Of a DNA stretch of 64,000 nucleotides, positions 43,350-58,157 are shown piece by piece. The notes below the pieces were generated by a model that was not told where the DNA came from, did no database searches, and saw nothing but the letters and a program-made list of their open reading frames with translations. Source of the stretch: Eledone cirrhosa (Eukaryota); assembly GCA_964016885.1 (NCBI GenBank), contig OZ024747.1:17174001-17238000 (forward strand). The letters run 5' to 3'. Position numbers and translations under genes: made by a program. The stretch's first letter is position 1. Each line of letters starts with the position of its first letter.

Positions 43350-44769
43350 ATCACAACTTAACGTACATTTATTCATGATCAGCGATATCATCTTATCATT
43401 CATCATCACCATCATCTATATCGCCATCGCTTTTATCATCATCATTTCAGGTTTGTGAGGAGTGTATGTTGCTTCTGGGTTTATTCTATCAGCTTTGTCT
43501 GTTCACAAGATTTCAATTGCATTGTATTTCTTTTTCTTCCTTTTCTTCTACGTTTTCTTCTTCTGTTTCTCTCTTTTCTTATTTTTCTTGTTCGATTTAT
43601 TCTTTTTCCTTTTCTCTTTCATGTTCTTTTTCTTGTTCTTTTTCTATTATTATGTTGTTTATTTTTGTATTTGTGTGCACTTTACCCAAACTTGATTCTA
43701 TGTTAATATTCAATTGTTTATACTTCTCCGTCTCCTTTGAAGCAAATACAGACGTGACTATTATTATGGGCCTACCTCATATTTCTGCAATGCAGTTGTA
43801 TATTCCATATATCAACATTTTTTTTTTATTATTACCACCATCGTCATCATTATTTCTTCAATGTCAAGCATCTATAGACCCTATGGTGGCATAGTTACAT
43901 TGTTGTATGCCTTCTATACCATTATCATAAATATAATTATTAAAATCTTTATTATCATCAATAGTGTTATTATTATTTGCCGACTTTTCATTACACCTCT
44001 ACTTGTCATTCTCTCTATTTCCATTGGTGGTCTACATAGAAACTTAAGTATTAACTACATCATTGTTATGTCATAGCTAGCGATAACTATTGATTAACTT
44101 CTTACAGCCGCCTGTGACAACCATTGTGTAATTACTGTAGACACATAATAATCTGCAAACTTAGCATTAATTTCCATGATCCTTTCATCTTTCCATGTTC
44201 TGCCTACGCAACTCACGGGAATCAGATTTGAAAACACAGCTTAACCTGCTAGATAAACAAGGTGTCTTATGCGGCCATTCGATGGGATTGCAATCTCTGC
44301 TAAATCTTACTCGAATCACTCTCTAATGTCGTAAAAACTGTGAGTTATAGACTGATCAACAGCTACAGATAAACAATCATAGATATAGTTATGTGGCTGT
44401 GAAATAATCAAATTTCTTTCAACGAGGTATGATACTGAAGTATGTCTGAAGAGTCTTCGAAACGTTGGATAGAGTATCCTAAAGTAGTTGTTACGTGTTA
44501 TATTCTTAACCAACATCATTATGTTAGTGTAAACTAAAACACTACTACGAAAGAAGTAAACATAAACATAATCTGTTAAACCTAACCTAAAATACTGTGC
44601 ATAGTTATACTGTATAGCAACAATGATGTAATCGTCATAATATTCTAATCTTTCTCCCTAAAGAATATTTAATGATGACTGTGAATAAAAATAGTCCATA
44701 GAATATTTGTATTCTTCTCTTCTATATACATTACATCAGACACCACAATTGCTACTGTTGCTGCTGCTC

Positions 44770-44770
44770 T

Positions 44771-44853
<83 letters not shown>

Positions 44854-44880
44854 TTGCTACTATTATTACTATTATTATCA
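44770..44880. repeat. (CTA)n/(TTA)n trinucleotide microsatellite
   Basis: Directly visible. Confidence 0.95.
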
Positions 44881-45345
44881 TTGTTCTTACTTTGTTTTTA
44901 AGTACTTAGTTAGATTGCATGGGTAATAAATCTTTAAGATGAAAATCCAAGGGTGTGATACTTGCTTCACAATTCTGTATACATTGGTGCGTGCGCTTTC
45001 AGGTTGTGAAATATAACAGCAAGAATATGATTGATTATCTTAATAATTTATTCTGTTATCTTATAACACCAGCTCGAAATCCCGTTAACATGTTCACTCT
45101 ATGATATATACACTTTTCAGCAATACTGTGTCACAGAGGAGATTGTTTCTATTCTGGTAGGGAAAGTCGTATTAAATTTTGATACAGTAAATGAGCAGAT
45201 AGGCACTCAGACACTAGATACTTTTACAAATACCTTAAGGCGAGAAAGATTTTCTATGTTTATACATCACTATCACAGTAACTATTCACCAGAACATAAC
45301 TTCAGATATACCTATATGGATGTGCATCGGAGGGCAATAGAGTAA

Positions 45346-45389
<44 letters not shown>

Positions 45390-45439
45390 TGTATATGTAT
45401 ATTTATATATGTATATATATATTTATATATGTATATATA

Positions 45440-45521
<82 letters not shown>

Positions 45522-45562
45522 GTACATATATATACGCATATATATATATATATATATTTATG

Positions 45563-45625
<63 letters not shown>

Positions 45626-48600
45626 CAGGTAAAGCACACGTATTCGACATAGTGTATCATTAGTAGATTTACCATGATGTGTTTTTACTACATGTGCTAA
45701 AAAGTTGTTTGTATGAATTGATTTACTTTTAGCATATACATCAATTTCATCGGTCTTCGAACGAAAAGGGAGAATGCAATGGGCATATGTGTAGCTGTCC
45801 ATTCAGTCCAAGTAAAAAAGAAACAATTACATGAAATTCAATTATTGGGATGTAGATAGATTGTGTGTGTGTGAAAGAGAGAGAACGAGAGAGGGCGTGT
45901 GTATCTTTAAAATGGCGTTAGTTCAGAGGATAGCAAAGGAGATGAGTAATCCCAACTAGCGAAACTCATTCTTTTTGTCAACAAGCTCCTTGTTTCAAAT
46001 CTAAATAATCTATTTTATGTCATAATTGGTGACAAATAGCGTCATTGGTTGCATATTTTGGGGGAGTCATCTACTAGGTCATTTTACGACACATGGTAAC
46101 AATGTTATAAAGGAGTGTCTGTATTTCGGTGTAGAAAAATCATCATAAAGGCCTTTGTTTAAAAAACGCAGAAATTACTGTGATATAAATTGGTGATAAA
46201 CACACACACATATATACATACATACGTACACCCATGTTACTCTTCAAACCTTAGGTATTGTAAAAGATTCTTTCTGCACGTAGAGTTGAACTTTGAAACA
46301 ATATGCACACGAAAGCTGACTTTTATCCCAACAGGCGTCAAGGGTTGAGTACACCAGAGAGTTTTCTCCGAAACTGTCGGGGCCTGTAGCAGTGGTGTAG
46401 CAAGGTTATATATGGCTGATATCTGTAACACCTGTCGAGACACGCACACACACACTCACACACATACACTTATATAACTATACGTACGCGGCAGAAGATA
46501 ACCAAGGGCAATTTCATATATGTGTGTGTTAGTGTTTCTGTGCGTGTGTAAGTATAACTGATTTTTTTTTTTTTACTCAAGAAAAAAGTAATATAATCAT
46601 GACCACAAGCGTTTGTACTTATGTGTATTTTACGATTTGGCGTAAATATTGTTCCACCCCTCACCTCGTTTCATGCAGCCAACATTTTTCTTGGCTTGTT
46701 TTGAAAAGTGTTTGAGTCCCTCTTAATAATATAAGCAAACAAGAAGTGATAGATATTAACATTTTTTTCTTTCTTACATGCAACAATAATCAGTGAGTTA
46801 ATGGAATTTTATTTATTTCCATCAGTATTTTGGCATCTATACATAACCGAGTGTTTTTTCTCTGAACACGATCTGTCATAATTTTCTCTCGTCTTCTTAG
46901 ATGAGGTGATTTCTTTCATATATATATATATGTGTGTGTGTGTGTTCATGTATGTATATATGTGTGTGTATGTATGTGTGTGTGTCGTATTAAGTATGCT
47001 TATTTCCATCAAGAATAAATGATTTTTCTTTAATCGTGTGGATTTTTCATTTCTGTTTTCCAAAAACATATAAGCTTTTATGAATATGTGTAGTGACTTC
47101 ACACGAGATCCTGTATATCGTATGATATAATTATTATTCGATTTATCTAGACGTTTCTAAACATTGTATATAAACTTGTATATGGCTCTCATATGTATTT
47201 TATACTATTTCTGACGTGTACGAAACTATATACTGAGATTTCGCATTTCTATTTCCATTTAATATTACAAAGGAGATGACCATCAATGTATCTCTCACCA
47301 GATGGATGTCTTCTCACAATGTCCTGCAGTTTAGATTTATCCAGAACAGTAAGTTTTAGAAGCAGAGATTTATGACAACACTGAACCATCATTCTTCTTA
47401 TGAATGATAACTGGGGAAGAGCGCTATGTGCTAACTACACAGTTGTTGATTGTATAGTGTTACCGCTATTCAGATATGCATAGGCCAGTCATTGATAGGA
47501 GAATGTGGTACAGCTGTATAGCTGATTATAAAATGCCTGGACCAACGACCCCACGTAGCACTGGTCATAATGTATGAACGACATAAACCTTGGTTGTTTT
47601 TACAGCACTTTTCTTCAATGCGTTTGTACATAGCATATCTCCAAATAAAATATTCATTACAAAACATATTCTATCTTGCTGTGTCTCCCGGGTAGTTCTG
47701 TTAAGACAACACTCATATATGTAATACTCAGCCAGTTATACATTACTTTAACGAATTATCCATAAAGCCGACGGGTGTCTACATATCTTTATTTTTAAAA
47801 TACATAAAACAATAGAGGATAATCTACATCTTATTATAAAAAACATAGTATTCGTTATAGAATCACCGGAATTATCTTCTACTTTGTTTACATAATGTAA
47901 TTTAGCTCGTAATGCTGTTTCGTTTTCCAATCGTGACTTGATTTAATTAGTATATTTTTCAGTAAGTTTATTATTTACATATTAATTTTCTTATTAACTA
48001 CTTCAATTGCGTAATTTCCAATATTCTTATTTTTCCATTTTTTTTATCGTTTGTTTTCTTTTGTTTTCATTTATTATCATCATTCCCTTATTCAATTTCC
48101 AATATGAGGCTTATAATAGTTTATCTTTCACAAATAATTGTTCTTTCAATAGTTTTTTTTCCTCATTATTAACTAACCTCACCGATTCTTTCTTGTCTTA
48201 CTACATTTACTGTACTGATTACTATGTAAAAAAATATATTCTGTTTTCATTACAATTTATTCTATCTCTTGTACTATTCATTTCATTCTTTAATCTCCGT
48301 GTTCAGTCTTTTCTGTGTTCTTATTCAATTATATTCTCTCCTTTGTTCGTCTAATGCTGCCTTGCACAATTCGTTTGATGTTTTACCTGTTCTGTTTTAT
48401 GTATTGAAAGCTATATATCTTTTAATTACTTCTCATGTCTTCTTTTTCTTCTTAAATTTCTTCAACTAGTCTAGTTCTATTCTTTTATGTTCCGTTTTTT
48501 TTTTTACTAATCTTTAAGTATGTAATCCAAGAATTAAACAATATCAAAATCTCGTTACAGTAATTCATACGGTCAACATTCAGCAAATATCAGTTAAAAT

Positions 48601-48799
48601 CTTGAATTTAAATGCATAAGCAGAAAGTTATACAGGAAGACTAGTGACAAAACATTAGTTTCATACAAATAAATATCATTCCTTAGAAAAATAGAAAAAC
48701 CAAAGAACATAAATGAATTGATTCCTAAAAATTATCGAATCAGAAGATATAACGAAATAATGAACTGAGTGATAAGGCAAATGCATCGTATAACTATTT

Positions 48800-49345
48800 T
48801 CGCCACTGTTCATGTCAAAGCATCTTAATATAATTACTACGGTCTCTGTTCAATTTCATACTTGAAGAGATGGTAAGCCAGAGATAGTTCTAAAATAAGT
48901 TTTCATCATTCCTAGTACGCCTACAATCACTGGTATTGTACCCACTTTGAGATGCCACATTCTTTCAATTTCAATCAGCAAATCTTTAGATTTTCTGAGT
49001 TTGTAAAATGCGTTTGCCGCATTATTGTGATCACATGGGAAGCTCATATTAATCAATAAAGATATTTTGCTATTTTGGTCTTTTACAATAAAATCCGTTC
49101 TGTTAGCGTTGATGGTTATGTCTGAATGTACAGGAAAGTCCAAAAGAATCGTTACATTTTCTCCCTCAGTTACAACTTCTGAAGTGATGCTTATACCACT
49201 TGTCAACAGTTTTGATTTTATAATGCCGACGTCTTAATCAGTGTAGATATTGGCCAACTCTGTCATGTCTTGATTTTTACTCAACTGGTTTCTAACACAT
49301 TATATTCAGCGATTACGTGGTCCACTGTTTTAATCATATCATTGC
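48800..49345 (-). pseudogene. 3' fragment of an R4/Dong-clade non-LTR retrotransposon (degenerate zinc knuckle plus restriction-like endonuclease)
   Basis: KTVDHVIA...HDRVGQYLH, then ILLDFPVHSDITINANRTDFIVKD...LLINMSFP...KDLLIEIERMWHLKVGTIPVIVGVLG, matching ILWDFxIQTD..ANRPDIV..KYKDL.IEI.RMW..PVVIGALG. Confidence 0.85.
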
Positions 49346-49431
49346 AGAAATTATTATTGTTAGTAGTAGTAATAGTAGTGGTAATAGTAGTAATAGTAGT
49401 ATCATAATTATTATCATTATTATTATTAGTG

Positions 49432-50360
49432 CAGTGAATTGAAGGTATCGGTAGAGCATCGGACACCATGCTTTGCAGCATAGAGTTATGGCCCTATAGG
49501 TTAAAATCCCGCTGTGGTTAGTTTTGCATTTCATCCTTACGGGGGTCGATAAAATAAAGCACCAGTAATGCTGTGGGGTTCAATTAAATCGACTTTCCCC
49601 TCCTCTTCAAATTACTGGCCTTGTGCCTGAAATACAAACATTTATTATTATTGGCAGTATCGGTAGAGGGTCTGAATGTCTTGCTTTCCAGCATAGAGTT
49701 ACGTCCCTTTAAATGGTGTGTTCAAATCCTGCCGAGGTCAACTTTGCCTTTAATCCTTACGGTGTTGATGAAATAAAGTACCAGTAATGCACTGGGTTAA
49801 TTGCTGGCCTTGCGCCAAAAGTAAAAACAATTATTAGAGGTAGCAGCAGCAGAATTGTAAAACTAAATACTATGCAGTTTATTTCGACTCTTTACATTCC
49901 AAACCGATTGAAGTCAATATTGCTTATCATTTTTCCGGGATCGATGAAACAGTGGGATCAGTATAATCGACATTTCTCTCCCCTAAAATTTGCTGGATTT
50001 TGCCAAATTTGAAATCATTGTAAATGGCAGTATCGGTAGAGGGTCTGACGCCATGCTTTGCAACAAAGAGTTACGTCCCTTTATGGTCTGAATTCAAATC
50101 CTGCCGAGGTCAACTTTGCCTTTCATCCTTACGGGGTCGATAAAATGAAGCACCAGCAATACACTGGGGTAATTGCTGGTCTTGTGCCAAAATTAGAAAC
50201 AATTGTTGTAATGGAGGAAGAACGATAATTTAGTTTCGATTTTCAACATTCTGAGTCCAGACTTGATCTTTATCTTTGGACCTTCAGGTGTCGATATATA
50301 CGATTTCCCCTAAACCCAAATATGCTGGCTTTGTGCCAACACTAGAAGGAATTGTTGTTG
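49432..50360 (+). mobile_element. Head-to-tail cluster of about 5 SINE family 1 or related copies of differing divergence
   Basis: Starts near 49432, 49651, 49840 (diverged), 50025 and 50210 (diverged). Confidence 0.82.
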
Positions 50361-50893
50361 TAGCTGTTGTTGTCTTTGTCGCGATTGACTTCGTTCTTCA
50401 ATCATCATTTTTATCATAATAAAGAGATTTGAGTAATAGGATCGGTAGAACTATTGAAGTACATCCTTTTATACCCAGTGACATCCAATTCAATTGATTT
50501 ATCTTTCATATATATATGAGTCTATCATTCAACTAACGTGTGTGATCTAATCGACTCGGCCCTCCATCAAAAGTAGTGGTCATATAACTGTGGTGAAAAT
50601 CGTTATTATTGTTATAATATCTATACACTGTCCGCATACCTAACACTTTTTCATACCGAATATTTGGTATTTTTATTATCTTAACGATCTATTAGCAAGT
50701 AATTACTGCAAGGTTTATGCTGTGTTTATCGGCGTATTGGAAACGTAAGACGACGATACTAAACTGTCTGTAATTGTTTGTGTTCGTACGAGTATATATA
50801 TATATATTATGTATACTCCAGTCCTACAAACTGTAGAGTGCTTCTTATCCGATATCTGCATTGCTTTATTGTACTACAATAAAACTCACCTCC

Positions 50894-50954
<61 letters not shown>

Positions 50955-51067
50955 ACATATGTATATATTCATGCATATATACGTACATATCCACACACAC
51001 ATATACAAATATATACAAATATATATATACACACACATATATATATAGAAATCATATACATATATAC

Positions 51068-51100
<33 letters not shown>

Positions 51101-51101
51101 C

Positions 51102-51191
<90 letters not shown>

Positions 51192-51205
51192 ATGTGTGTG
51201 TGTGT

Positions 51206-51348
51206 AAAAAAACCACAGACCCTCCATCCAAATCGCCTTTTGAAAAGCAGAAGAACTGCGAAACCGGTAAAGGAACCAAATAAATATATATATCTTTTAA
51301 AAAAATAAGACTCCAGTTGCATTTTCGATTTCATCTCTTTTTCTTTAT
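51206..51348 (+). mobile_element. Family-F terminus with a decayed minimal hammerhead; related fragments at 8807-8870 and 9805-9910 (minus)
   Basis: CCTT TTGAAAA GCAG-AAGAA-CTGC GAAAC CG GTA AAGG (51236-51273); ACTCCAGTTGCATTTTCGATTTCATCT shared with the 8815 and 9882 reverse copies. Confidence 0.65.
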
Positions 51349-51743
51349 ATATGTATATATATATATATATTTATAGTATAAACGAGAAAACACAGGTAAG
51401 CATTAAGAGAGGGATTTTATCCAGGTATTTACGACCGTTTCATTGGTAAGTGCAACCTTATATTGCTATACTGCAAATAGCAGCCACTCAATTATAATTG
51501 TTGTTCACAGTCCAAACTTTCAAAATAGTGAGTAAGTTACTCTTGAAATAATTCTTAATATATAGATAAAAACATTTATTTGGAATTGTATTTACTAGTA
51601 TACAGAGATAGGAATCAGAAGGTGAGGGGGACAAACGGAATAGTATAGAGAGAGAGAGGAAGGGGGAAGAGTTAGGAAGTAGAGCAATTTTCTGCTTCCC
51701 TAACTATATATATATATATATTTATATACATATATATATATAC

Positions 51744-51774
<31 letters not shown>

Positions 51775-52173
51775 CACCGTGAGAAATTCATGACACCCAC
51801 TAAATAGATCAGTGACAGATAAAATATAAAATGTTATTGAGTAGACAACTTATTCTGATTTATAACACCAGAGAGAAAACAAATTGGAGGCGGAGAATTA
51901 AATATGAATTCGTTTGGATACAAGGAAACAGGATGCTAAAAGATTAATTAGTAAGCCATCTCGAACTGAAAATAGCTGATAAGTTTAGACAGTGAGTTCA
52001 ACACAACAGGCTGAAAGAATCAGTGCAAATTGAAAAATATTAATAAAATATGATAGAGAATCTAAATGATGAAGAGATTTGTTCACAGGAATTTAAGACT
52101 ATAGTGAATATCTAGCTTAAAGACATAAGAAGCAATATAATCCTACATTCAGACACACACACACATACATACA

Positions 52174-52216
<43 letters not shown>

Positions 52217-52422
52217 GTATATATATATATAATGGGTGTGTATATATATATATGCATATATATATATATATAAATATATATATACACATATATATATATA
52301 TGCATATGTATATATATAAATATAGATATACACTTATATATATATATATGTATATTTATATATATATGTACATATATATATACGTATGTACATATATATA
52401 TAGAGATATTTATATATATATG

Positions 52423-52577
<155 letters not shown>

Positions 52578-52799
52578 ACATACATATATATAAATATTTA
52601 TATATATAATGTACAGCAGTGGTCTTAGCCGCATTATTGCCCATGTGTCCTTATATAAAATCAATATTATTCGTTGAAAAGGATATGAGAATAACCAATA
52701 TCTATGTAACTTGCTATCTCTGCTTATTTTTATATATATATTGATGTTTACATTCATTTTATCTGCGATTCTTTGCTTAAACATTAATCTGTTATTTTA

Positions 52800-53905
<1,106 letters not shown>

Positions 53906-54740
53906 GTGTGTGTATGTGTTTCTATACACTTTACGTATGTCATGCCGGTAATGAACATTCTAAGCGTCACAATCTTTTCCGACAAGTGCATTGATGTCAT
54001 CAATAAATGATTGTTTGTCATCATTCGGTTTGCAAGTAATATCAGTCTGAAGAGTTTCATAGAAAGTCATGACAGTGACCTCATTGACTTGACGTGTTGG
54101 AGAATAAAGTGAAAACCTTAACGCATAACGTTCATACAATATTGGAATACATAGCTTAACTAATCGTAGAAGCGCTTTCTAAGTATTTCTAATATGGTGT
54201 TCAGATGGCAAAACCACCCCCACCTTCTCATTGCTCACCAGACAAGTGAATTACCTGATGATGTTTCAGTCAACTTATCTTCATCTGAGAGACATGTTAC
54301 TGAGGGAGCTGCAATATCTATCTATCTGCTCTCTTTGAAGTCCTTTAGTTACAAATGCAGTTCTCCCTTCTGGTCGATTAGTTTAATTTTGTTTTAAAAG
54401 ATTCTGACATTGCAATAGTAGATGTTTAGTATAAACCTTGTAATTAATTTAGCATATCTAGCATATTTTAGTTTCTAATGTTATGAAATATCGTTATCAA
54501 CAAGGAACTAACCAGTGCTGATGTAATAGGCAATGTTCTGTTCACCTTTTCTTGTGATTTTTCAATACAATGGGTGAGCAGTGCTCCCTCTAAATTTGGG
54601 AGATCACGGTCGAATATTGTCTTCCTAAATATACCAACTCCTATTATGCATCATGTACTACTGTTATTAGTGATCTTTCCGGGTCTAGCACCACATACAC
54701 TCCATATATATATAAACACACACACACACATATATATATA

Positions 54741-54806
<66 letters not shown>

Positions 54807-54828
54807 ATATATATATATATATATATGT

Positions 54829-54865
<37 letters not shown>

Positions 54866-55040
54866 TTATGTATATATATATGTGTATATATATATATATG
54901 TGTGTATATATATATACATATGTATATATATATATATATGTGTATATATATATACATATGTATATATATATATATATGTATATATATATTCACATGTATA
55001 TATATATATATATATATGTGTGTATATATATATACATATG

Positions 55041-55071
<31 letters not shown>

Positions 55072-55075
55072 TCAC

Positions 55076-55125
<50 letters not shown>

Positions 55126-55599
55126 CGTCGTATGTGGTTTCAGTAAATAAGACAAAGAAAAATCCAACAAACTTAAAGCAATAGGAACAGAATAACACTT
55201 GAGTAAAACGACTTGTTGAACAGGAGAATTAGATATTGCAAACAGCTGAATAATACATACATAAAAACACTATCTACATATGAATATTCTACACTATAGT
55301 TAATTTATTTTCATTGTTTACAATAAATGTATGTGAAAAAATTGTTATTCCATTTGGTGTTTTACATAGGCAATTACAAATTGCACTTGTCAGATATACG
55401 TTTCTTTGAGCAGCATAAATATGGATAAGGATAGTTAAGCAAGCATTTGACCTGACGGTAAAGTCACAATTGGGAGTATGATAGTTTGCAAGATAATTCA
55501 TATTCTGAACATTTTCGCTTTCTGTTTTGATACAACATGTTTCTTCAAAGTTCTTTTTTTCTGTATCCTCCAAGTAATTACTTTTTATGTTGAGGCGTT

Positions 55600-56110
55600 T
55601 TATATTATACCTAAATCTCTTTTTATACTATAGTAGTATTCCAGCAACCATACACCATGGATTCTCTAATTCTCCATAAACCTCTTGCTTTAGAATTCCA
55701 TCATTAATTCGCAAAACATGACAACATTTTTTATGCCAGGGATATTACACATAGACAGGATGTCACTGTTTCTCATTCTATCATCCCATTTTATTTTGCA
55801 TATTTGTCTCAGTAATCTGCCTTGGAAGCTTTATAATTGAATGCGATGCTTCTGAAAGAGGACCAAGACACTGGCCATTACAGAAACGTTACGACAACTG
55901 AATTATAGATTACAATTTTAGTTTTAATGATGACATCTTGGATATTCTCAAGTTTCTGGTACAGTTCGCCGAAAGTTAAGTTCGCTTTGCCATTAGCTGC
56001 TTTAGTTTCTTTATGAGAATTAGCATCATTTCTCACAGCAGAGCCACGATAATTGACGGAACTCGATGTCTTTAGAGCCTTTGCCCCTACACACATTGTT
56101 AGCACAATTT
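55600..56110 (-). pseudogene. Decayed RTE-clade LINE, C-terminal region after the RT
   Basis: NYRGSAVRND...GKANLTFGELYQKL...IKTKIVIYNSVV, then FQGRLLRQICKIKWDDRMRNSDIL...LKQEVYGEL, resembling KYLGS...KTKxKVYNAVV...CLRRILKIKWQDRVTN...LYGEL. Confidence 0.7.
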
Positions 56111-57126
56111 CTCGACCATTGTCGGGACATGGCTGAAAGAGGATTTCGGTCTAAAGGTCTCTCAAATTTGTTTATTATCAATCGGATGTCTTCAAGAGAA
56201 TGAAGAGTCATATGCGAAAAACAAGTATCTTTATACTTTTCAAAGAATATGCTACATTTATTCATAAACCATTGATGATTGTAAATCCCTTTATTTTAAA
56301 GATATTATCCAGGAAAAACTCACGCAACATTAGCAATGGCAGGATTTATTGTGACTACAAGAAATTAATGCAAATATCACTGTTGCTAGCACACATACTG
56401 GTTTTGTCCTTTCCAACAGCTGTGATCTCCATTTGAGGTGACACAGATATTAACATCTATGTGTAAAGCTATAATTTGTTCAGGTTCACACTTTCAAAAT
56501 ACGCAATGTTCACTGAGTGCAGCATTTATTCTATGTAAAATCTCTCTTGAGAGGATTTTCCAATAATTGAAAGGAGTGAGATGCCACGATGGTTAGCACA
56601 CTCACATGTGTTGCATTTGTGTTTATATAATTTGAATATTGTAATATCTTAAATACGAGGTTCATTAGCTGATCAAGATACTGTCATGGAAAGACCAAAG
56701 GTTTACATTTCAACATATTACCTAGAGAGAAACAATGTAATTATTAATAAGAAGAGTTGAAATTAATGCATGCATGATGTCAGAGCGCTAGCATCATCCT
56801 TTCATTGTCAGCCTATGAACTTTTCAACAATCCCGCATATGTTTGGTGTGCAGCTAGAAAATATTGTGAATGGGTGAAGACAAAGGTTTGCAAAGCTGGG
56901 TTGGCATTATTTTGTGTGTAAGGACAATCGAAATCGAAATGTAACAGGAGTATTCATGAATTGTTTCGTAATTTATGAATACTTCAAAATAAATCTAATA
57001 TAAAATGGTTTTGAGTGTTATAATACTATACATTGTGGATGAATATTGCTTAAAAAATACTTAAATCTTAGCCAAATATCTGTCTTACTTCTTTTCGTTG
57101 ATTCAGCTTTAACTAAGAAGCATAAT

Positions 57127-57157
<31 letters not shown>

Positions 57158-57230
57158 TACACACACACACATACACACACAAACACAAACACACACACAC
57201 ACACACACAAACATATATATATATATATAT

Positions 57231-58009
57231 ATGTGAATGTATATATAGTGTATTTTGCAATACACTGTATGCTTAATTAAAAGCATTTTGAAGACCTTAC
57301 GCTATTGTTTTAAAGAAGTGACTATGTCACTTACTTCTTTTTTCAGCAAACAAAGGGAGATAAGCTGGCATATCTCCGTTTCGTACTGTTGGTTCTCTTC
57401 AGAGCTTATCACTCCCTCTGTTTGCTGAAAATTATGAATGTTGGATTATTATAGTATTCCAGTAATAATCAGGAACTGATTATACAGAGCGGTTGCCGGT
57501 CCAACAAAAATTGAAAATTAGAATTGGTGCTCTGAAATCAACAGTACGAAATATAGATCTGTCAGGTTATCTCTCTTTGTTTGCTGAAAAAAGAAGTAAG
57601 TGACATAGTCACTACATTCAAACAATAGCGTAAGGTCTTCAAAATGATTTTAATTAAACATACAGTGTATTGCGAAATACACTATATATACATTCATATA
57701 TATATCGCTATTTCAGAGCACCAATTCTAATTTTCAATTTTTGCTGGACCGGCAACCGCTCTGTATAATCAGTTCCTGATTATTACTGGATTCTATAAGA
57801 ATCCAACATTCATAATTTTCAGCAAACAGATGGAGTGGTAAGCTCTGAAGAGTACTGACAGTACGAAACAGAGATCTGTCAGCTTATCTCCCTTTGTTTG
57901 CTGAAAAAAGAAATAAATGACATAGTCACTACTTTAAAACAATAGCGTAAGGTCTTCATAATGCTTTTAATTAAGCATACAGTGTATTGCAAAATACACT
58001 ATATATACA

Positions 58010-58070
<61 letters not shown>

Positions 58071-58087
58071 CAATTTCAGAGCACCAA

Positions 58088-58093
<6 letters not shown>
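57231..58093 (+). mobile_element. Retrozyme-like array of a 317-bp HHR-containing monomer (one inverted copy plus about 1.6 tandem copies)
   Basis: 57231-57538 is an inverted monomer; 57539-57705 partial; 57706-58068 full; 58069-58093 start of the next copy; each unit contains a (TA)n tract. Confidence 0.88.
57839..57886 (+). ncRNA. Canonical type I hammerhead ribozyme, predicted cleavage after C57880
   Basis: TAAGCT CTGAAGA GTAC-TGACA-GTAC GAAA CAGA-GA-TCTG TC/ AGCTTA; all core nucleotides intact; helix I extends about 28 bp (TTTTCAGCAAACA.../...TGTTTGCTGAAAA). Confidence 0.92.

Positions 58094-58157
<64 letters not shown>

Noticed and set aside
47272-47354. Possible short exon ending in GTAAGT
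   Set aside because: Weak acceptor and no recognisable peptide; such motifs arise by chance.
54040-54075. CTGAAGA...GAAAGTC motif
   Set aside because: Helices II and III cannot form; treated as a chance match.
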